Below are positions 30,954 through 42,660 of a stretch of DNA of 64,000 nucleotides, in pieces (position 1 is the stretch's first letter; every line of letters begins with the position of its first letter). This DNA comes from Pelagomonas calceolata (lineage: Eukaryota): contig CAKKNE010000005.1 of the NCBI GenBank assembly GCA_918797485.1, positions 1,860,001 through 1,924,000 of the forward strand, in the 5' to 3' direction. Under the pieces are notes generated by a model. The model searched no databases and was not told where the DNA came from. It saw nothing but the letters and a program-made list of their open reading frames with translations. A program made the translations under genes and the position numbers.

Positions 30954-31386
30954 CTATGCGTGGCTGGCGCTGTTTGCGGTTGCTTGCGGTGCGCGGGACG
31001 CGCGGCGGCCGCGCGCGACGCCGCGACGCCGCGGCGAGTCCTGCGGCCTAATAAGCTGTGCGGGCGGCCCGGAGAGGCAGGCGCGCGCGCTGGCGTCTGG
31101 CGACGAGTTCCAGGAATATTGTCAGCGCCTCAGCGCGCACACACAGGTGCCGTATACGCCCTAAAAGCCTTAAGCGCCGAGTTTTGCCGGCCAGCTAGCG
31201 GCATATGGACACTAGCAGTGCTGGCACCAGCTCGATGCTGCCTGCCGGCCGCCTGTGCTGCATTACAGCTGCACGAGACCCGTGCACGTGAAAGCCCTTG
31301 CATCTAGATACGACGCCGCAGCGACTTGCAGCAATAGCACAACCGGTGGTTGCACTGACAACACATAAGCCTACATCAACCCAGCC

Positions 31387-32637
31387 ATGCGCCGCCTCGC
31401 CTGGACGCTTGGGCTGGCGACGGCGCTCGTCCCGCGCCAACCTACGCAACAACACACCCGCCGCACCGTGCAACAAAAAGCCAACATCTTCGAGCAGGCC
31501 GCCGACGCCGCCTCGAAGTTCTTCGAGGAGCGCGCGCGCCAGGACTCGTTGGCGCTGGCCAAGTTCACGGAGGGCCTGGAAAAGTCGCGGCAGAATTTTT
31601 TGAGTGATTTGCGGGGCATCTTCGACGTCAAGGGCGCGTCCTTGGATCAGACGCTCGAGAAGCTCGAAGACGCCTTACTGAGCGCGGACATCGGCGCGAC
31701 GACCACGGACCAGATTTTAGATGACGTCAAGGGCGTGGCCCAAGCCCAGGGCGACTACACGGAGCAGGACGTCACGGCGATTCTCCGCGGGCGCATGGCC
31801 GAAGCGTTGAGCGCGGGCGGTCCCTCTTCCTTGACGAGCGCCGAGGCCGGCCCGACGGTCATCCTTGTATTAGGTGCGAACGGCATGGGCAAGACGACGA
31901 CCATCGGGAAATTGGCACGACGGTTACGGGCCGAAACGGGCCAGAAAGTTTTGTTGGCGGCCTGCGACACGTTTCGGGCCGCGGCCGTCGAGCAGCTCGA
32001 GGAGTGGGCGGCGCGCGCGGAGGTCGACATTGTCGTACCAGACCAAGGTATCGAGTCGCCGGCCGCCGCGGCGTACAAGGCCTGCGACGTGGCATTACAA
32101 GGCGACTACGACGTCGTCATCGTGGACACCTCGGGAAGACTAGTGAACAACCGCGCGCTGACCGCCGAACTCGACAAGATCCGACGGACCCTGGAGAAGA
32201 AGATCCCGGGCGCGCCGCACGAGTCGCTATTGGTGGTGGACGCGGCCGTCGGCCGCAACGCGCTCGACCAGGCGCGCGGCTGGCAGCAGGACGTCGGCGT
32301 GACGGGCCTCGCCGTGACGAAGTTGGATGGGACAGCTAGAGCGGGTTTTGTCGTGTCGGTCGTGCAGGACCTGGGCATCCCCGTGAAACTGGTGGGCGTC
32401 GGCGAGACGCTCGACGACCTGCGCGACTTTGAGGGAGAGCGGTTTGTGGATGCGCTGCTGGACGTGAACGACGCCGACGACCTGCGGGAGCGCTTCGCGC
32501 GCATCGCCGCCGAGCGGGCGGCCGCGCCGGCTACGATTTCCGTGCCGGCCGCGCCTTCTACTATCTCCGCGCCGGCGGCGGCGGCCCGGCCGGCGAAGAA
32601 GAAGTCCAAGAAAAAGAAGGCCAAAAAACGGAGGTGA
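31387..32637 (+). CDS. ftsY: Plastid SRP receptor FtsY
   Basis: Bipartite presequence; GANGMGKTTTIGKL, DTFRAAAVEQL, DTSGR, TKLDGTARAG, GVGE. Confidence 0.95.
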   Translation: MRRLAWTLGLATALVPRQPTQQHTRRTVQQKANIFEQAADAASKFFEERARQDSLALAKFTEGLEKSRQNFLSDLRGIFDVKGASLDQTLEKLEDALLSADIGATTTDQILDDVKGVAQAQGDYTEQDVTAILRGRMAEALSAGGPSSLTSAEAGPTVILVLGANGMGKTTTIGKLARRLRAETGQKVLLAACDTFRAAAVEQLEEWAARAEVDIVVPDQGIESPAAAAYKACDVALQGDYDVVIVDTSGRLVNNRALTAELDKIRRTLEKKIPGAPHESLLVVDAAVGRNALDQARGWQQDVGVTGLAVTKLDGTARAGFVVSVVQDLGIPVKLVGVGETLDDLRDFEGERFVDALLDVNDADDLRERFARIAAERAAAPATISVPAAPSTISAPAAAARPAKKKSKKKKAKKRR

Positions 32638-32668
32638 GTAATATAGTTAGTAGCATGGGGCGACGCGT

Positions 32669-33584
32669 CTACTTGGACGGCGACTTCTTGGGGGACAGCT
32701 TCTTGGGCGAGAAGCTAAAGGAGCTCTTCTTCTTCGCCGGCGCGGTGGCGACGCCGCCGCGCGCCACGAGCCAGGCGTGGGCCGCGGCGTGGCCCTTGGC
32801 CTGGGCGACGTGCGTCGGCGTCTCGCCCGTCGTCGCGGGCGCGTCGATCTTGGCGCCGGCGCTCACGAGCATCTCGAGGGCCTCGACGTTGCCGCACTCG
32901 GCCGCGACGAAGACCATGTTCTTGCCGGCCTTGCGCGCCTTGTCGACGTCGCAGCCGCTCGCCTCGAGCACGGCGCGGACGCGCCCCAGCAGCTCCTTGC
33001 GCTCCTGCTTGACCTGGGCCGGCGTCGGCGGCGGTGGCGCCGTCTCCTTGGGGGTCGCGACCTGTGTGGAAATCAGCGAGTGAGTTAGGTTAGCCTGAAA
33101 ACTCCACGCCATCGAGCAGACGCAGCTACGGAGACACCATCGCGTCGATGGCGTGGGGCGCCCGAAATTTGATTTCCACACAGGTCGTGACCTCGACGGG
33201 CGCGACGGGCGCCGCGACGCGGGAGCCGTTCGTCTCCGCCTTCTTCTTGCCGCCGAGGGCGAGCACCGCCGCGACGAGGGCGAGCAGCGTGCCGCCGAGC
33301 ACCTTGCCGTGTTCGACGGCGAACGCCTTGGCCCGCTCGAGATAAGCCTCAGCCGCGCTCGGCTCCTCCTTGGAGGCCGGAACCTCCTTGGGCGCCGGCG
33401 TCACGGCCTGCGTGAGCTTGCTGAGCGCGGGGGGCGGCGCCGCGGCCTCGTCGGCCGCCGCCGCCGCCGGCTTGAAATACGCGAGCGTCCGCGCGAGCGT
33501 CGGCGCCGGCGTCTCCGTCGCGCCGCCGGCGAGGCTCGCGGCCGCCGCCGCGATGGCCAGCAGGGCGCTCGTGACCTGGACCAT
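32669..33584 (-). CDS. Signal-peptide/TM protein with C-terminal ankyrin repeats; intron 33062-33191
   Basis: Two ORFs are joined by removing a 130-nt introner (..APVE|VATPK..); VFVAAECGNVEALEMLVSAGA, GETPTHVAQAKGH. Confidence 0.8.
33062..33183. mobile_element. Introner element, 122 bp, in the opposite orientation to the 3879 copy
   Basis: Perfect 14-bp TIR CTGTGTGGAAATCA / TGATTTCCACACAG; TSD GTCGCGAC (33054-33061) and GTCGTGAC (33184-33191). Confidence 0.92.
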
Positions 33585-33852
33585 CTCTTTGGCGGTGAGA
33601 GAGGTGGCCGTTTCGCCGCTGCGGCGAAGCCTTTGTTTTCCGCCGGCGACAAGAGGGGACGGCGAGCACTACCACGCCTTATGGACGACGAATAAGACGC
33701 GAGGCCGATGTGTGTGCCGACGGGCGGCAGGCTAGCTCGTAGTACGTCGTAACCAGCATGGAAAACCCGTTTTTCTCGACGGCGCGCGACGTCCTCGCGC
33801 CGTCGGCAGAAGGGTCCATCGGAGTTAGAATGAAGGGATGCACGCCCATTAT

Positions 33853-34738
33853 TCACCCCACCACGAAGCCCCCACCAATCCTTTCCTCGCCCGCGAGCGG
33901 CACGAAGATCGCCTCCTCGACGAGCTCCATGACGGCGCCGAAGCGCTCCTTCTCGGGCCACGACGTCGCGACGCCGCTCTTGCGCAGCGCCCACTGCAGC
34001 GCCGTGTAGGGCGCGCGGCCGCCGCACGACGACTGCTGCGGCGGCTCGCCGCGCCACAGCAGCGTGCGCCGCGCGGGCCGGTTCTTGACGAGCTCGCCGA
34101 CGGCCTCGACGGCGCCGGCCCAGGACGCCACGATGAGCGGCGAGCAGCCGAGGTCGTCGGTCATTTCGGGCGAGGCTCCTCTGTTGAGCAACATCTTCAC
34201 GCACTTCGGGCGGTCGCGCCACGACGCCAGAAATAGCAAAGTCCGCCCCGCGAAGAAGTCGAGGCCGTGGTGGACTATTCCTGGGTCCTCGCGCAGCGCC
34301 CGAGCTAAGTAAGTCGAACAGTCGTTCCGGTGCATGCGCAACCAGAGCGCCCAGACCTCCTTGTCCCGGTTCGCTTTGAGGGCTTCTTTCTTGCGCTTCA
34401 GAGCGTTGCACAGGGAGCGCCAGGGGTCCTCGGATTGACTCCGCGTCCGCCGCCCGTTCTTCTTCGGCAGCGCGAGGCCCAGGAACTTGGCGACGCCCCT
34501 ACTTAGATCTTGCGTGACCTGCGTGTGGGCGGGTTATTTCATCGATGGCGCTGAAGGTTGACTCGGCGCTTTTTACCGCCAGCGCCCTCGACGTCGCGCG
34601 GAGCCGCGGGAGCGCGTCGCCCAGCTTGCTCCCCGTGAGCTCGGCGACGTGGGCCAGGACGTCGCCCGGCAGGTCTGCCAGGGTGACCGGGCGCTCGTCG
34701 GCGCCAGTATTGGCTTTTTTGCTCTGTTCAGATGCCAT
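33853..34738 (-). CDS. F-box-like + ankyrin-repeat protein; intron 34519-34576
   Basis: LADLPGDVLAHV..LRATSRAL exon; a 58-nt GT-AG intron restores the frame into GRTLLFLASW..VKMLLNRGA..GCSPLIVASWAG. Confidence 0.75.
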
Positions 34739-35198
34739 ATCTGAGGCGCGCGGCGCGGGCGCCCGGGGATATTTCTGCCTCGGGGTTGGCTCGCGGGGGG
34801 TTTGTTTCTAGAGGACTGACTGCCCTCTTCCCCCGCGACCGGCCAAATGTACAGCCAATTTGCTCTGTCGAGAGGTCATTGCGCCCGGCGCCCGACGTTT
34901 CCCAGCCCTCCCCGCGGCTGCCGGAACCCGTCCACGCGGTCTTTTTAAATGCACACGCAGGGGGCACTAGGAGTAGGAAAATAGTAGGGGGTCGATCTGG
35001 GGTGGTAACCAACCAGTGGTGGTTAGGGTTTGCTGGCTGGTGCCGCGGGTCGCGCTATCCAGTTGGGCCGCGAGGGCAGCCAAGGAATTCACGAAGGTGC
35101 ATCGCAGGACGCGGAGACCGCAGACACAAAGACGTTTGGGTCGCAGCTAAGAACCAAGTAAACCAAGCTCGGGCAGCCCCAGCAATAGCACGACGACC

Positions 35199-38100
35199 AT
35201 GCTCGGCTCGCCCATCACGCCCCACAACAAGGCGCGCATGAACGCGGCCGAGCTCGACGCCGACCTCTGGTTGGATCGGGCGCGCGACCTCTGCGGCCAC
35301 CGCGAGGCGCTGGTCGACCAGCTCAAGAGCCTCGGGACGCAATTACAAACCGCGAACCCCGACGAGGCCGCTTCCCTACGACCGAAGAGCCACGCTCTGT
35401 TGCGGGAGTTGAGGGAGGCGGCCTGCCACGTCTGCGAGGCGGCGCAGCAGTATAGGGACGCCTGCCGGAACCCCGACGCTCCATTAGCCTACAAGGACGA
35501 GGACTACCTCGCGAAGATGGCCCACGACCTGGACTTCATGGGCGAGTCCGAGGCGTTGGTCGCGGCCATCGGCACGCCTCGAAGACTACTGCGGAACAAC
35601 CCGCTCATGCTGCCGCGGCCGCTGCGCGCGGCGGAGCTCGACGCCGAGGACGCGCCGCCCAAGAACGCCGAGCAGGCGCGACTACGACGAGCGGAGGCGT
35701 TGCTGGTGGGGGCATCCATAGCCCACAGAAACCCGAAGGCCCCGTCGTCACTAGACATGATGATCGAGGACCAGGGTTCGTCGCTCGACGCGCTCTCGCC
35801 GCAACCGGAGGAGGAGGAGGAGGAGGAAGAAGTCGTAAGTCGAACTCCGCCGAAGCCCGCGACCCCCAAGCCCCAGTTCGCGAACCAACCTTCCAACGTC
35901 AACGACGACTGGGTCCGCGAGGCCCACGCGCAGCTGAAAGAACTACGGGAGGCGCAGGCGCAGTTACCGCTGGAGCGGGGCGACCCGGAGCTCGCGGCCA
36001 TGAACAACAACCCCGCTTTAGAAAGGTTCAAGCCGGTGCTCGAGGGGAAGAAGCGCGCGCCGCCTCGCCAGAAGAAGCTCGTGGAGCTGAGCACGGAGGG
36101 CGCCTACGCCGACCCCGACGCTCGGAGCTACGTGGCGCCGCCGCCTCGAAAGGCCAAGAAGCACCAGAATCGCCATCGAGCGCAGATCGTCGATAAGCTC
36201 GAGAGACTGCAGCGGAGCGAGGGGCCCTTGCTCCCGCAAATAAAGATGGGCGGCCCCCCGCCGGGCCTCAAGAAGATGCGCAAGAAGAAGGGACGACCGT
36301 TGCAGGGCGTGACGCTCGCGCGCGCCGAGCTTTCAGCCATCGACCTCACCGCGGACGACCTCGAGGACATCGCGTCGCTCGACGAAGCGCCGAACGAGGC
36401 CGCGAGGAGGGTTGGCGCATGTGCCCTGACGCTCATGTGTCGGGGCGACCGGTGCCCGCCGGACGCGTCGTGGAACGCTGTAATAAGAGCCTTCGACGAC
36501 GACCCCGACGGCATGTTACGAGCGATCCGCGCCGTCGACGCGAAGAGCGACGTGCCGCCCTTCAAGGCCCGGGCGCTGTCGCGCCTGCTCGCGTCGGGCG
36601 GTTTGGACGCGACGGCGACCTTCGAGCACATTGACTCTGAGGCCGGAGATGCTTTGGGTCGATTGGCGGCCTGGTGTTCGCGGTGTGTTCGAGCTGCTTT
36701 ACGGGCCGCGGAACGCGCGTCGGACGACGAGAGCAGCGTGCCGCAGAGACGCGGAAGAAGGCGCGCGGCGCGCGACGACGACTCGTACCAGTCGGACCTG
36801 TCTTCCCTCAACACGACGCCGCGCGGCATGATCAAACGGCGCGCGCGGCGGCGCAAGAAGAAGGTCGTACCGCCGCCGCCCGTGATCCCACACCGTCCGA
36901 AAGAAGAGGCATCCTTCAAGAACGGGCGCGTGATGATGGCGTCGTGGTGGCGCTTCGAGGCGGCGTCGACGGCGTGCCTCGTGAGCGTCGTGGCGCCATC
37001 AAATGCGCGGGGCAACTCGCACGCGCTCCTGGTCAAGGCCTACGATCCTACCAGAGGCGACGGCGAGTCCGTGTTGGTCCTCGACGCGGCGACCGTAGAT
37101 AGGTTGCGCAACCACGAAACTTTGGAAAATTTCGTGCGCACGCAGGGCCTGCTGCGCAAGCTCGAGCTGCGCGTGAGCGCGCACGGCGCGGCGAAGCTCC
37201 GCGAGCGCGCGGGCCCGCCGACGGGCGCGCCGGCGGCGCCGCCGGGCGGCGGGCCGCGCGTGTCCGGGGGCCTGCGCAAGCGCCAGGCCGCGTCGGCGCC
37301 GGTGGTGGAGAAGGAGGCCGTCGACGCCGTGCCGCCGCGCGCGATCGAGACGGCGCCGCCGGCCAAGCCCGCCTCGGCCAAGGAGCGCTTCGCCGAGCGC
37401 CAGCGCGCCGCCGAGGCCGAGCGGCTGGCCCAGGAGCGCGAGGAGAAGGCCCGGCTCGCGCAGGCGCGGCTCGAGAAGGCCGCGCGCGCCGAGGCGAAGC
37501 GGCGCCTCGCGGCCGAGCGGGCCGCGGAGGAGGCGCGCCGGGCGAAGGCGGCGACGGCGCTCCAGAGCCGCGCGCGCGGCCGGTCCGCGACGGCGCGCAC
37601 GAAGGAGGCGTTCGCGGCCGTCGTGCGCGTGCAGGCGGCCTGGCGGTGCCGCGTCGGCGCGCAGGCCCTGGGCGTGGCCAAGAGCTCGGCCGTGGCGCTC
37701 CAGTCGGCGCTGCGCGGCAAGAGCGGGCGCGAGGCGGCGCGGCGGAAGCGCGCCGCGAAGGAGCAGGCCAAGCGCGACGCCGAGCGCCGGCGCCGCGAGG
37801 CCGAGCGCCGCGCGGCCGAGGCGCGGCGCCTGGAGGCCGAGGAGGCCGAGCGGAAGCGGCAGGCGTTCGAGGCGAAGCAGCGCGCCGCGGCCGAGGAGCA
37901 GCGCCGCGCGGCCGAGGAGCGGCGCCGCGCGGAGGACTACGCCGCGGCCAAGGCCCGCGAGGCCGCCGCCCTGTCCGCGCGGCGGCGGGAGCGCGAGGCC
38001 GCCGAGGCCCGGGCGCGCGCCGAGGCCGAGGCCGAGGCGGCGCGGCGGCGCGACGAGGCCGCGGCGCTGGCCCGGGCGCCGAGCGCGTCGGCCTCGGAAC

Positions 38101-38288
38101 TGGCCTCCGAGTCGGACGACGGCTACGGCGACGACGACTTCGACGAGTTCTCGCCGGCGAAGACGACGGGGCCGCCGAGCCCGGCGCAGCGACGGGCGCC
38201 CGCCGTGCCGCCCGTGCCGCTGGACCCGTCGTCGAGCGACGACGGCTACGGGGACTCGGACTTTGACGACGACGACGACGACACGTAG
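35199..38288 (+). CDS. Large coiled-coil protein with IQ-like calmodulin-binding motifs
   Basis: AATALQSRARG, VRVQAAWR, ALQSALRG; E/R/A-rich helix; 1029 aa. Confidence 0.75.
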   Translation: MLGSPITPHNKARMNAAELDADLWLDRARDLCGHREALVDQLKSLGTQLQTANPDEAASLRPKSHALLRELREAACHVCEAAQQYRDACRNPDAPLAYKDEDYLAKMAHDLDFMGESEALVAAIGTPRRLLRNNPLMLPRPLRAAELDAEDAPPKNAEQARLRRAEALLVGASIAHRNPKAPSSLDMMIEDQGSSLDALSPQPEEEEEEEEVVSRTPPKPATPKPQFANQPSNVNDDWVREAHAQLKELREAQAQLPLERGDPELAAMNNNPALERFKPVLEGKKRAPPRQKKLVELSTEGAYADPDARSYVAPPPRKAKKHQNRHRAQIVDKLERLQRSEGPLLPQIKMGGPPPGLKKMRKKKGRPLQGVTLARAELSAIDLTADDLEDIASLDEAPNEAARRVGACALTLMCRGDRCPPDASWNAVIRAFDDDPDGMLRAIRAVDAKSDVPPFKARALSRLLASGGLDATATFEHIDSEAGDALGRLAAWCSRCVRAALRAAERASDDESSVPQRRGRRRAARDDDSYQSDLSSLNTTPRGMIKRRARRRKKKVVPPPPVIPHRPKEEASFKNGRVMMASWWRFEAASTACLVSVVAPSNARGNSHALLVKAYDPTRGDGESVLVLDAATVDRLRNHETLENFVRTQGLLRKLELRVSAHGAAKLRERAGPPTGAPAAPPGGGPRVSGGLRKRQAASAPVVEKEAVDAVPPRAIETAPPAKPASAKERFAERQRAAEAERLAQEREEKARLAQARLEKAARAEAKRRLAAERAAEEARRAKAATALQSRARGRSATARTKEAFAAVVRVQAAWRCRVGAQALGVAKSSAVALQSALRGKSGREAARRKRAAKEQAKRDAERRRREAERRAAEARRLEAEEAERKRQAFEAKQRAAAEEQRRAAEERRRAEDYAAAKAREAAALSARRREREAAEARARAEAEAEAARRRDEAAALARAPSASASELASESDDGYGDDDFDEFSPAKTTGPPSPAQRRAPAVPPVPLDPSSSDDGYGDSDFDDDDDDT

Positions 38289-38379
38289 TACAAGAGTTTC
38301 GCGAGGATGGGATGAGCGCGATTCACGGGGCACTAGCGCGGCACGGCGCGCTGGGTAGTAGTAGCCCGCAAGATCAAGG

Positions 38380-39692
38380 TCAGCCGAGCCGCGCCGACAG
38401 CAGCGGCGTGAGGTACTCGGCCAACTTCAGGGCCTCGATGGCGATCTCGATCGTCGCGACGCCCTCGGGGAACTCGCCGCGCACCGCCGCGGCCGCGCAC
38501 CGCTCCTTCAGCTCCCGGTACTCGGGCTCCTGCGTGATGAGGTAGCCGATCCAGTCGGGGTGCGCCTTCATCCGCTCCTCGACGACCTTCTGGCGCGGCG
38601 CGTCGATCATGGCCCGGTTCAGCAGCTCCTCGCCGTCCTTCGTCACGATGGCCCGACACTCGTCGCCGCCGCAGCGGTCCGCGACGATGCGCACCTTGCC
38701 GCCCTCCTTGTTCGTCAGCACGAAGTCCAGGCGCTGGAAGTCCTGGAAATCATTTAACGTCATCAAATCACACCCGTCCGCCGACTCGTCGCAGCCGCTC
38801 GTGTCGACGTCGACGATCGTGTCGGCGCGCATGCCGAAGAACGTCGCCGCCAGCGCCAACTCGTGGATGGCCATGTTCTTGAGGAGCCCCTCCGCGTTCC
38901 GCTCGAAGCACTCGGCCAGGTCCTCCTTCGCGTAGTCGTTTCTAGACGTTAATGTCACTAGAGCTCCCGGGTTCCCATTGGCGACCTCGAGCGCCTCCGT
39001 GAAGTAGGGGCTGATGTTCTTGATGAAGCCCATGAAGACGGGCACGTTCGCCGCCTTGGCCTCGGCGGCCATGGCCTCGAGCTCTGCTACCGACGGCGCG
39101 CCGGGCTTCTCGAGCAAGATGTGCGTCGCGCCCGCCTTGAGCGCCTGGCGGAAGAAGCCCGGGTTGTCCACGGTCCGCCCCGCTATTAAAGCTAACTTGG
39201 GCCCGGGCCCCGCCGTCGACCACGTCTGATCCGAAATGGCGTCGCTGAAGCGCGTGTCCGTCCACTCCTTAACCACACCTGCGTCGAACTCGGCGCCCGC
39301 GTCGGAATCTTTACCGGGCCCGAGGAACCAGGGCTCGACGACATCTGATAATCTCGCCGACGCGCACTCGCCCTCGACGAGCTGCAACCCGTGGAACCAG
39401 CCCATGCCGCGAGCGGGCCTGCGCGGAAGACGTCCGCGTTTGCGGCAGTGGGCGTTTCTTTGACTTTGAAAGCCTGCAGCGCGCGGCGGCGGCGGCGACG
39501 ACGCGCGATCGCGAACGGGTCGAAGGATCACAGGCGTTTGAGCGATGCGACACCGGTGCAATGCAAGCCGCAGCCGACTACTGCATAGTTCGCCTTCTCC
39601 GCGACGCTTTTCAAGCTGACAGATGCACGCGTCGAGCGCAGCGTCGGAATTAAGCCATGAGTTGCAGCAGCGCCCAGGATTATGAGGCGCAT
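38380..39692 (-). CDS. Plastid-targeted Gfo/Idh/MocA-type oxidoreductase; GC-AG intron 39419-39564
   Basis: Exon 1 MRLIILGAAATHGLIP..YAVVGCGL joins PARGMGWFH to complete the Rossmann motif; LLEKPG, KNMAIHEL. Confidence 0.8.
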
Positions 39693-40166
39693 GGCAGCCA
39701 TTCTTGCCTCTGTTACGGCACTTGCCCTTCTGTGTGCCCGGGTTTTTCGTCATATGATGATCCGAGGATCCTGGACGACGACCTCTGCACCCGACGAGCC
39801 CCGCCGGGTAGTCACGCGACCGCTTGCTGCACCGAGGCCGGTTGTCGGCGCTCGTCGGCGCCCGTCGCGGCGCGCCGGCGGCCCTCGCGGACTTCTATCC
39901 GGCTCCCAAGGAAAACGTAGCTAGCGGCTGTAGGACTTACTCAGAGCGTGAACAGCGTCGGCGACGCCCTCGCGCCCTCGCCGACCTGCACGGTCGTGAG
40001 GCGCAGGAAGAGGCCGTGCTCCATGAGCTCTCCGTTGTTCGCTCTGAGAACAATCGTCCAATCGTCTGAGGCTCGTGTGTGGTTTTGTTCTATTTTTAAG
40101 ATTGTTACGAAGTTTAACAACAACAGGCCTCGCCACCGAGAGCATGGCGACGCCCGCCGCGTCAAC

Positions 40167-42660
40167 CTACGCCTCGTCGCCCGTCGGCGGATCGGGCGCG
40201 ATGCCGGCCTCCTGCAACTTCCGCAGCAAAAGGGCGCGGTCGTAGGTAGGATTAGGGCCGCCTCTCCCAGACGTGACCGCTCCTTTTGGCAGGCGCCCCT
40301 TGTTCGCCCGCCACAGCTCGGCGAGCGCGTGGTCGTCTAAGTGCTTGTAGAGCTCGTCGCGCGAGTCCACCTCGGCCTGCTGGTCCCGCGCGAGCGTCGA
40401 CGCGGCCAGGACGGCCGCCCGAGGGTGCCCCTGTTCCGTCGTCCGGTACGTGACGCCTTCCGGGCCCTCGGTCACGACGCGGACCACCTGGTACTCGTTA
40501 TAAGGGGGGAAGTCGTTCGTCGCATATTCGCCCGTCGGCTCATACACGCGGCGCAAATCTAAATCTCTAATAAGGGTCAAGTCGCCGCCGGCCTTGACGA
40601 GGGCTTCCCACAGGCCATCAGCACGGAACATGTTGCCTCTATAAGCGGCGCTCCGCAATTGTCTAGGAAGACCAGCTGGTGTAGGGTGCGTCAGGTGCCT
40701 GTCCGGGACGAAAATCGCCAAACTATCAAGAGCAGCCGAAGCGCCCGTCGACCCGCCCAAATATTTATCGATGAACTCGTCTCTATCAATATTCGCGTCG
40801 ACGCAGTGGATGCCCACGCCCGACAACGCCTCCATCATCTGGGGCACCGGCGTCTCGAAGCACTGGAGGGGGTCGGGGCTGCTGCCCGATCGGATTTCAG
40901 CTGCCGCCCAGAAGCCAATCGTCAGCCCGACGCCCTTCAAATTATTATCAGCAGCCGACGCTTCCTGCGCGCAAAAACAGCGTCAGATCGACCGCACGCG
41001 CGTCAGATCGACCGCACGCGTCGACCGATCGATTCCTGAAGAGGTCAGACACCGCGCGCGACGAGCTCGCGTAACTTGGCTAAGAAGCGCTGTGGCGCGT
41101 CGGCCTTATCTTTCACTTCACGGAGCTGCTTGCCCACCAATAAAGCAAACTCAAAGATGGCCTGCTGGCCCTGGGCGAACTGCTCCAGGCGCTCCGGCAA
41201 ATCAACCGACATAGAAGAACTAGCGAGCTCGACGACCTCGTCGAAGGCCCCGCGGTTGACCCGCAACACGTCCGAGCGGTCGTTCCAGAGCGTCAGGACG
41301 TCGTCGGGGAGCGGGTCCGTGGAGTGGTGCTGGCCGGGTCGGTACATTTTCAATCTAACAGTACCAGTCAAGTCGACGACGGCACCGCTGCAGAGGACCG
41401 AGGCCATGAGCGACGTCGAGGCCCCATGCTTCGTTCCTAGGTTCGTGAAGGAACATTTAAGGTACGTGATCACGCGCGGGGCCGTGATCGAGCTAGGGAG
41501 GCCCTTGGAGATCGTGCCGCAGACCCCGAACGTGTGCGCCGCGACTAAACCGAGGGTGACGCCGCTGGACAGGTTGCGCCTAATGTCGTCCAGATTTAAC
41601 GCGCTCTCGAGGCCCGACAGGTTGCCGTCCGACGCTTTCAGCGGCACGATGATCTTGAGGCCCGGGTGGTCCTTGATCGTCGGCGCCGTCTGGACACATA
41701 AGACGCCGCCGGCTCGTAGGCCGCGGATGGTCGGCAGGAGCTTCAAGTTCGACGCAATGTGCTCCGCGACGGCGCTGTGCATGGCATCCTCGACCAGCTT
41801 GAAGCCGGCCTGGTTGTACTTCCAGGTGAACGACGTGTCGAAGGCCGACGCGAGCGGCACGAAGGCCGCCTGGAGCTGTGCGGGGTTCTCTTCTTCGGCA
41901 GCTTTTCTTAACTTCGCCCACTGCGGGACGACGGCGCGGTCCTCGTAGGTGTCGATGTAGGCCGTGAACAGGCCCTTGAGGAGGGGCTTTACCGCGAAGG
42001 AGTAGCCGCCCCAGAAGCAGTGCGCCAGGAGCGTTTTGTAGGTGCAGGACCACAAAAAAGGACACGAGAGGACGATGTTCAAACAGAAGAGCAGCACGTG
42101 CTCGGCGGCGATGCAGTAGCTCCGGCCGAACGTGCGCTCGATGACCCAGTTCACCCGCTTGAGCGCCCAGCCGTCGTTGTCGAGCGTGCCGTCTTTGTAT
42201 CCTAATATGCCGAAGTAGATGAACAGTTTCGCAACGCCGACGTAGCCGACGCTCACGTTGCGGTCCTTCGACTCGTCGTAGGCCTCGATCATGGCGTCGA
42301 TGAACTCGGTCGACTGTATGAAACCGTGCGAGAACAACCTCGCGACCTGCAAAGAACCATGCGTCTGGCGTACAAATTCTTGACCCGGGACCGCACGAAA
42401 AAACCAATGTTGTAGCTGTCGTCGAAGCGGGTCTCGAACATGGGGTGCGAGAAGACGGCGTTGACCATGGCCACCGCGAAGGCGCCGAGCTGGTCTTGCA
42501 CCGCGATGCCCCCGAACAGCTGATAAGCTATGATGTTCATGAGGATGCCGAATATGAGGATGAATTTTGGGTCGTCGAGTATCGTTTTGCGGCACGGGTG
42601 GACGTCTCCGACCTTGTCCGGGCGCGTGCGGCCCTTGCGGACCCTGCCGGTGCGGGCCAT
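40167..42660 (-). CDS. Orphan gene or gene pair, probably spliced (intron 42347-42396; likely further intron(s) at about 40965-41120); C-terminal HeH/SAP-like motif
   Basis: A GTGCGG..TTTGCAG phase-0 intron joins MARTGRVRK.. to the 41045 ORF. A CTGAC..TTTTTGCGCGCAG acceptor at 40965 opens the 40167 ORF. No recognisable family. Confidence 0.5.
40981..41020. repeat. 20-bp tandem duplication CGTCAGATCGACCGCACGCG x2
   Basis: Seen directly. Confidence 0.9.

Noticed and set aside
35022..35032. TTAGGGTTT telomere/telo-box-like word
   Set aside because: Single copy; not distinguishable from chance.
39682..39924. Plus-strand signal-peptide-like ORF
   Set aside because: Overlaps the start and promoter of the minus-strand oxidoreductase; low-complexity remainder.
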